Below are positions 58,483 through 64,000 of a stretch of 64,000 bases of DNA, piece by piece. This stretch comes from Candidatus Aenigmatarchaeota archaeon (lineage in GTDB: Archaea > Aenigmatarchaeota > Aenigmatarchaeia > CG10238-14 > SpSt-28): assembly GCA_039000985.1 (NCBI GenBank), contig JAWBMD010000001.1, positions 42,538-106,537 on the forward strand. The letters are read 5' to 3'. Made by a program: the position numbers and the translations under genes. The number at the start of each line of letters is the position of its first letter. Position 1 is the stretch's first letter. The notes below the pieces were generated by a model. That model made no database searches and was not told the origin of the DNA. It saw nothing but the letters and a program-made list of their open reading frames with translations.

Positions 58483-60593
58483 ATTGGGAATCTCAATTAG
58501 AAAAAGAGAGCCATCCAAACAAGTGTTTATATTGTCATGTTGATGAGGTTAAAAGAATTTTTAATAGGTTTGTAAATTTTTTTGGTTTTTCAAAGTCATC
58601 GAAAGCTTATAAAATCATAGAAAAGGTAATAGAATATCATGATACAGGCAAGCTAAATCCTGTCTGGAATTTTAATTCAAATATTTCTCATTCGAATTAT
58701 TCATGTAAATATTTCGAGGAAGCAATAGAAAAAGAAGGTAGAAGGCCTACTGAAGAGGATGCTTTAGTATTGTTCTTAATTTTAAAACATCATGGCTTAC
58801 TTAAACCAATTACGAAATATAAAGAATATGAAAAAGTTGTAGAAAGCTTTAAAGTAGGTACTTTAAGAAGTTGGTTTTTTTCTAATTTCTCGAGGGATGA
58901 TAGAATAGAATTGGCAGATTTATATGGAATATTTAAAATTGCTGATTGTTTATCAGCATCCAATTCCACTTTCATACCAGAATCTCCTTTGGTTGATTAT
59001 AGTGAGTTAAAAAATTTTTTACCAAATGTTAAAAGAAGAAAAGAGCAAGAGGAAATTCAGAAAATAAAAAGAATAGGTTTTCTTAAAGCTCCAACTGGAT
59101 GGGGAAAAACTAAAGCTTCCTTACTTTATTTATTGGGAAAAGAAAATATTAGGAAATGTTTTCTTATCTTTCCAACTATTACGGCTATTAATGAACTGTA
59201 TGTAGATTTTAAAAAGTTGTTTGGAGATAAAATTGCTAAATATTTTTATTTTTATGATGTTGAAGTATATGAAGTGCTTGAAGAAAGAGAGGCACAATTT
59301 AAGACATTTTTGTCTAAATACTTTCTTAAACCGTTTATTATAACTACTATTGATCAGATTTTACTATCTTTTTTACAAATAGGAAGCTATCATATGAGGC
59401 GAGTGATGTTTAAAAATGCAGCAATAATTCTAGATGAAATACATTTGCTTAATGAAAGAATGTTATACATTCTTTTACATTTTCTCAAGCTTTACTGGAA
59501 TACTTATAATCTTCACATACTATTCATGTCTGCTACATTTTCAGATGCACTTTCTCAAGCTATTAAAGAATTTTTACCATTAGAAATAAGTAAAAATATA
59601 GTTGAAATTAATAAATTGGAAAAATATAAAGAACTAAAAAGAATTAAGGTTAAGTTAAGATTGAATGAACACATTGATAATGCTATTGAAGAAATAGTAA
59701 AAAAAGGTAAAGAGAAAAGAGTTCTTGTAATAGTAAATACTGTTGAAGCTGCTGTAGCTATTAAGCAAAAATTAGAAGAATATGAAGATGTAACATCAAT
59801 TCTTTTACATGGTAGGTTTATGTATTATTCGCGAAAAAAGAAAGAGGATGTTGTTAAAAAATTTAAAGATTCATTAAAACCACATGTTTTAGTTTCTACG
59901 CAAGTTTGTGAAGTTTCTCTTGACATTTCATATGATTATCTTTATACAGAACTAGCACCTTTTCCTTCTCTTATTCAAAGATTTGGACGCGTTAATAGAA
60001 GCGGTGAGGAAGCAATTGAAGATAATGTTTTCATTTTTAGACCAAAAATTAAAGATGAAGAAAAGTATCCTTATGAAAAAGAAAAATTAGATGAGGCGGA
60101 AAATTGTTTGAAGAAAGTTGAAGATTTAAAAAGCGAATGGGAATTGGTTCAAGCTTTTAATGATTTAGAAAGTAAAGAGAAATTAGAACAAAATCTTAAG
60201 AAAGCCGAACGCGACATTAACTTAGCCAGGTTCGAAGGTGTAACTGGATTGTTCTTTTCACCAGATTTGGAAGAAAATGAAATTAGAAGAATATTAGCAT
60301 ATAGAGAAGAGTTTACAACGCTTATTATACCTTATAGAGATTTGATTGTGGGTAATAAAGCTAATAAGATTAGGAGTGAAATAGATAACGTCCTTACTAA
60401 ATTAAGTGAAAAAAGTGATTTAAAGTTATATGCAAGATTGAAGGGATTTGCAGTAAATGTACCTTTTTTTGTTGTATTAAAAGGAAGTGTTGAGAAAGAT
60501 AAAGGAATACCAATTGTAAAAGAAACAAAAGATTTTGTTTATGATACAAAGTATGGATTTATTAATGAAAAGCTATTAAAAAATTTAATATGA
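58470..60593 (+). CDS. cas3: Cas3, fused HD nuclease plus SF2 helicase
   Basis: H...HDTGK...H...HHG...ADCLSAS; APTGWGKT, TTIDQ, DEIH, MSAT, LLHGRF, STQVCEVSLD, QRFGRVNR; ATG at 58470. Confidence 0.95.
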   Translation: MVYINWESQLEKESHPNKCLYCHVDEVKRIFNRFVNFFGFSKSSKAYKIIEKVIEYHDTGKLNPVWNFNSNISHSNYSCKYFEEAIEKEGRRPTEEDALVLFLILKHHGLLKPITKYKEYEKVVESFKVGTLRSWFFSNFSRDDRIELADLYGIFKIADCLSASNSTFIPESPLVDYSELKNFLPNVKRRKEQEEIQKIKRIGFLKAPTGWGKTKASLLYLLGKENIRKCFLIFPTITAINELYVDFKKLFGDKIAKYFYFYDVEVYEVLEEREAQFKTFLSKYFLKPFIITTIDQILLSFLQIGSYHMRRVMFKNAAIILDEIHLLNERMLYILLHFLKLYWNTYNLHILFMSATFSDALSQAIKEFLPLEISKNIVEINKLEKYKELKRIKVKLRLNEHIDNAIEEIVKKGKEKRVLVIVNTVEAAVAIKQKLEEYEDVTSILLHGRFMYYSRKKKEDVVKKFKDSLKPHVLVSTQVCEVSLDISYDYLYTELAPFPSLIQRFGRVNRSGEEAIEDNVFIFRPKIKDEEKYPYEKEKLDEAENCLKKVEDLKSEWELVQAFNDLESKEKLEQNLKKAERDINLARFEGVTGLFFSPDLEENEIRRILAYREEFTTLIIPYRDLIVGNKANKIRSEIDNVLTKLSEKSDLKLYARLKGFAVNVPFFVVLKGSVEKDKGIPIVKETKDFVYDTKYGFINEKLLKNLI

Positions 60594-61573
60594 AGTGGAG
60601 GAAAGAAATAAGGGATTTCGTATTTTGGAAAGAGAATAATGTATTTTTGGTAAATGTTAATTATCTTTTTTCTATAGCGAATTGGTTTCCTAATTTTTTT
60701 CCTAGAAATCCAATAAAGGGGTTTGGAAAGGAAAGATATCAGCTTCGAATGGAAATAGAGAATGAAATTGAGGAAGAGAAAAGAAGAGAAAAATTTATAG
60801 AATTATTAGAGTGCTTGGCCAAACAAATAAGTGAAGAGGGATATTCTTCGTTACTTTATCCAACTATGATAACAGAACCTAACTTGTTTCTAGGGAGCGA
60901 AAAATTACCAGAAGAGGAAGAAATATGGAAGACTATTTATTTAATTTATTGCTACTCTTTAAAAATAGGAAATTCTATTATAACTTTTGATAATATTTCA
61001 GAAGAAAGTAAGCAAAAATTTTGGCGATTACTTATTAGCGAGAGGATTGTAACACAAAATTTTAATCTTGCTCCTGTTAAAAATACGCTTAAAGTTCGTC
61101 TGAATTTTAATGATAAGTTTTTTGTAACACTCTCTTTACTAGCTTATTGGGTTAAAAAGTTTAGTGAAAATGAGGAAAGTTCTTCTCAAGATTTTTGGTC
61201 AGAATTTATTTCTAAATTGGGATGGTCACATGTTTCTTCTTTGATAATTTTTGCTAGAGAAAGAAGTGGCAAATCTACCTATTACATCTTTCCACGTTTT
61301 TCAAAAATTATTTTTAAGTGGTTTGATTCGGATATGAGCTTACTTAGGTTTTTGAATTCTCTTACTAATATAAGAGGTATAAGTGAAGAAAAATTGAAGT
61401 TGATTAGAAAAGAAAGGGAAAAATTGATTTACAACTTGTTTAAGTACAATGAGATAAATGGGGAGTTACTTTCTTCTTGTGTTAGTCTAAAAATTTCCTA
61501 TGAGCTTAAAGCAAAAAAAGAACGAGTTAGAGGATTTGACAGAGCAAAAGACTTTTTCTACAAGCTCAGATGA
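60590..61573 (+). CDS. Probable Cascade large subunit (Cas8a-like, short)
   Basis: Only unassigned gene of the interference module, between cas3 and cas4 and overlapping both; no motif recognised. Confidence 0.55.
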   Translation: MKWRKEIRDFVFWKENNVFLVNVNYLFSIANWFPNFFPRNPIKGFGKERYQLRMEIENEIEEEKRREKFIELLECLAKQISEEGYSSLLYPTMITEPNLFLGSEKLPEEEEIWKTIYLIYCYSLKIGNSIITFDNISEESKQKFWRLLISERIVTQNFNLAPVKNTLKVRLNFNDKFFVTLSLLAYWVKKFSENEESSSQDFWSEFISKLGWSHVSSLIIFARERSGKSTYYIFPRFSKIIFKWFDSDMSLLRFLNSLTNIRGISEEKLKLIRKEREKLIYNLFKYNEINGELLSSCVSLKISYELKAKKERVRGFDRAKDFFYKLR

Positions 61574-62090
61574 AATAATAGAAGAAAAAGCTTTATTTAC
61601 AGGAGTTCAAATAAATTATTTTATCCATTGTAAAACACAGCTTTGGTATTTTTCTCACTATGTTACACAGGAGCATGAATCAGAGCTAGTAATTTTAGGT
61701 AAGATATTACATGAGATTGCATTTAAAGATATAGAGAAAGACATACTTATAGAGAAAATCTCTATAGATTTTATTAAAAAAGGAGATAAAGTTATTCTTC
61801 ATGATGTTAAAAAATCTGACAAATTTCAAGAAGCTCACTATTATCAAATGCTTTACTATCTTTACTATCTCAAGCATGAAAAAGGTATTGAAAATGTAGA
61901 AGGAATAATTAATTATCCATCAAAAAGGAAAATTGTTGAAGTTAAGCTAACTCCTGAAAAAGAAATTGAATTACAAAAAATTTTTCAAGAAATTAAAAGA
62001 ATAGTTTCTTTACCAAAACCTCCAAAACCAGAAAAGAAAAAATATTGTAGAAAATGTAGCTATTTTGAATTATGTTGGATTAATAAATAA
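61500..62090 (+). CDS. cas4: Cas4
   Basis: TGVQINY..HCKTQLWY, G..LHE, IDF, DVKKS, Q..YY, CRKCSY.ELC; exact start uncertain. Confidence 0.95.
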   Translation: MSLKQKKNELEDLTEQKTFSTSSDEIIEEKALFTGVQINYFIHCKTQLWYFSHYVTQEHESELVILGKILHEIAFKDIEKDILIEKISIDFIKKGDKVILHDVKKSDKFQEAHYYQMLYYLYYLKHEKGIENVEGIINYPSKRKIVEVKLTPEKEIELQKIFQEIKRIVSLPKPPKPEKKKYCRKCSYFELCWINK

Positions 62091-62094
62091 TTAA

Positions 62095-63102
62095 ATGGGA
62101 AGAGTTAATTACTATGTTACTAGCAATGGAATTTTAAAAAGAAAACAAAATACAGTCTATTTTATTAAAAGGAATGAAAAAGGCGAAATAGAAAAGAAAG
62201 TTTTACCAATCAATAAAATTTATGCAATATATGCACATGGTAGAATAACCTTTTCATCTGCTGTAGTTTCATATCTTTCCAAGCATGGTGTACCAATACA
62301 CTTTTTTAACAAATACGGTTTCTATGAAGGTAGTTTATATCCTAGACAAACTTTAGTATCTGGATATTTGTTAGTAAAACAAGTTGAACATTATCTAAAT
62401 AAAGAAAAAAGGTTAGAACTAGCAAAAAAATTTGTTGAAGGTTGTGGAGAAAATATTATAAAAAATTTGCAATACTATGAAAGAACGAAAGGGGAATTGC
62501 AAGAAGAAATAGAAAAAATTAGATTTTTTATAAGAGAAATAGAGAAACAAAATGATATCCCATCAATTATGGCAATAGAAGGAAATATTTGGGATACTTA
62601 TTATCAAAGTTTTAACAAGATTTTCCCTGAAGAATTTCATTTTGATAAAAGAAGCAGAAGACCACCAGAAAACATGATAAATTGTTTGATAAGTTTTGGC
62701 AATTCTTTAGTTTACTCAACAGTACTAACAGAAATTTATAACACTCAATTAAATCCAACTATAAGTTATTTACACGAGCCATTTGAAAGAAGATTTTCTT
62801 TAGCATTAGATTTGAGTGAAATATTTAGACCTTTGCTATCTGATAGGGTTATTTTTAAACTAATAAACAAAAAAATTATAGATGAAAATCATTTTATGAA
62901 AGAACTCAATTATGTTCTTTTAAACGAAAAAGGTAAAAAACTATTTTTACAAAATTATGATGAAAAATTAAAAACAACTATTAAACATAGAGATTTGGGT
63001 AGAAATGTATCTTTTAGAAAATTAATTAGATTGGAATGTTATAAACTAATAAAGCACTTGCTTGAAATCAAAAAATATGATCCATTTGTAATTTGGTGGT
63101 GA
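62095..63102 (+). CDS. cas1: Cas1 (I-B-like)
   Basis: G.LKRKQNT, HFFNKYGFY.GS, EGN, RSRRPPEN..N..ISFGN, SYLHEP..RRFSL.LD.SE.F.P. Confidence 0.97.
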   Translation: MGRVNYYVTSNGILKRKQNTVYFIKRNEKGEIEKKVLPINKIYAIYAHGRITFSSAVVSYLSKHGVPIHFFNKYGFYEGSLYPRQTLVSGYLLVKQVEHYLNKEKRLELAKKFVEGCGENIIKNLQYYERTKGELQEEIEKIRFFIREIEKQNDIPSIMAIEGNIWDTYYQSFNKIFPEEFHFDKRSRRPPENMINCLISFGNSLVYSTVLTEIYNTQLNPTISYLHEPFERRFSLALDLSEIFRPLLSDRVIFKLINKKIIDENHFMKELNYVLLNEKGKKLFLQNYDEKLKTTIKHRDLGRNVSFRKLIRLECYKLIKHLLEIKKYDPFVIWW

Positions 63103-63103
63103 A

Positions 63104-63367
63104 ATGTATGTAATTATAGTTTATGATGTTTCTGTTGAAAGAGTTAACAAAGTATGTCAATTTTTAAGGCAATATTTAAATTGGATTCAAAATTCTGTTT
63201 TTGAAGGAGAGCTATCTGAAAGTGAATTAAAAAGAGTTGAAATCGGGTTGAATGAAATAATTAACCCAGATGAAGATTCCATTATTATTTATCAATTTCC
63301 TACAGAGAGGATATTGAAAAAAATACATATAGGTATAAGAAAAGCCGAACCATCTGTTGTTATTTAA
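63104..63367 (+). CDS. cas2: Cas2
   Basis: YVIIVYDV..ERV.KV...LR.YL.WIQNSVFEGE. Confidence 0.97.
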   Translation: MYVIIVYDVSVERVNKVCQFLRQYLNWIQNSVFEGELSESELKRVEIGLNEIINPDEDSIIIYQFPTERILKKIHIGIRKAEPSVVI

Positions 63368-63465
63368 GTTGTGGATATTTATAAATAACTTTATTTTTCA
63401 AACATCCACGACATATTTTTATTTAAAAGTATAAATTTTATTTAGATAAAAGGAGTTTTGGGCGG
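63368..63465 (+). promoter_or_regulatory. CRISPR leader
   Basis: 98-bp AT-rich non-coding segment between cas2 and repeat 1, with imperfect inverted repeat GTTGTGGATATTT / AAACATCCACGAC and TATA-like tracts. Confidence 0.8.
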
Positions 63466-64000
63466 GTTAAAATCAGACTAATGTAGGATTGAAAGAACTT
63501 TTCCAAAACTTGACTGTCCTTTATACCATTGTCCCGTTAAAATCAGACTAATGTAGGATTGAAAGATTTCTCAAAATACATTCTTTTAACTTCTTCAAAA
63601 TGCGTTAAAATCAGACTAATGTAGGATTGAAAGTCCATACTTATATATTGTTTTTAGTATTTAAATTATTGTTAAAATCAGACTAATGTAGGATTGAAAG
63701 TGCAATCCCGCGCTAAGCAATACATCCCTCAGCTGTTGTTAAAATCAGACTAATGTAGGATTGAAAGCCTAAATATAACACTGTTATATTTTGGTTGTAT
63801 TATACTGTTAAAATCAGACTAATGTAGGATTGAAAGTTTTTTGCCAATCTTCGATTGTAAATGTTAATAAAAGTTAAAATCAGACTAATGTAGGATTGAA
63901 AGTTATGAATACAAATAAATATAGCAAGTTAGATAGCACTAGTTAAAATCAGACTAATGTAGGATTGAAAGCCGACCCAGCAAAATTGTATGTTGTTGTA
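63466..64000 (+). CRISPR. CRISPR array, 8 identical 30-bp repeats GTTAAAATCAGACTAATGTAGGATTGAAAG, 7 complete spacers, truncated by window end
   Basis: Repeats start at 63466, 63536, 63604, 63671, 63738, 63807, 63873, 63942; spacers 40, 38, 37, 37, 39, 36, 39 bp; 3' ATTGAAAG handle gives orientation. Confidence 0.99.

Noticed and set aside
433..58975. Numerous short antisense or alternate-frame ORFs in the track (e.g. 3128-3541, 4851-5333, 14185-14553, 46137-46541, 48024-48440)
   Set aside because: They lie within well-supported genes and have the F/S/I/L-rich composition expected from the reverse strand of K/E-rich coding sequence
63566..63603. Spacer 2 reverse complement matches cas3 near 58536-58558 at 20 of 23 nt
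   Set aside because: The rest of the spacer does not match, and a rough estimate says such partial hits are expected by chance in AT-rich DNA; not accepted as self-targeting

Overview
Very AT-rich, extremely gene-dense archaeal chromosome segment. Leaderless and overlapping genes, scattered ribosomal-protein and RNA-polymerase genes and reduced or divergent enzymes point to a reduced-genome DPANN archaeon (Aenigmarchaeota-like; this is inference, not a database result). About 54 kb is housekeeping: IleRS, MetRS, GlyRS, aIF2-gamma, Rpo3, Rpo6, Spt5, uL30, eL32, eL40 (missed by the ORF track), RtcB with a 473-aa LAGLIDADG intein plus archease, tRNA-modification enzymes, PolB, a Hef-like helicase, TopA, type IV pilus components, NfeD-slipin, and tRNA-Ala(GGC) and tRNA-Phe(GAA). 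The last 8 kb hold a complete type I (I-A-like) CRISPR-Cas locus with 8 repeats running off the window edge. Most notable: (1) a wHTH / catalytically dead DP1-like subunit / PolB operon in which PolB carries a PolD-DP2-type C-terminal zinc finger, i.e. a eukaryote-style PolB plus B-subunit pair; (2) an HTH plus tandem nuclease-like ORF whose last codon is the anticodon of an overlapping, atypical tRNA-Ala and which has a stranded tRNA 5' fragment upstream, suggesting a tRNA-targeting selfish element; (3) an aIF2-gamma with the eukaryotic GHVAHGKST P-loop; (4) a constant 27-30 bp spacing at most divergent gene junctions. All calls are by motif recognition only; no searches were run.
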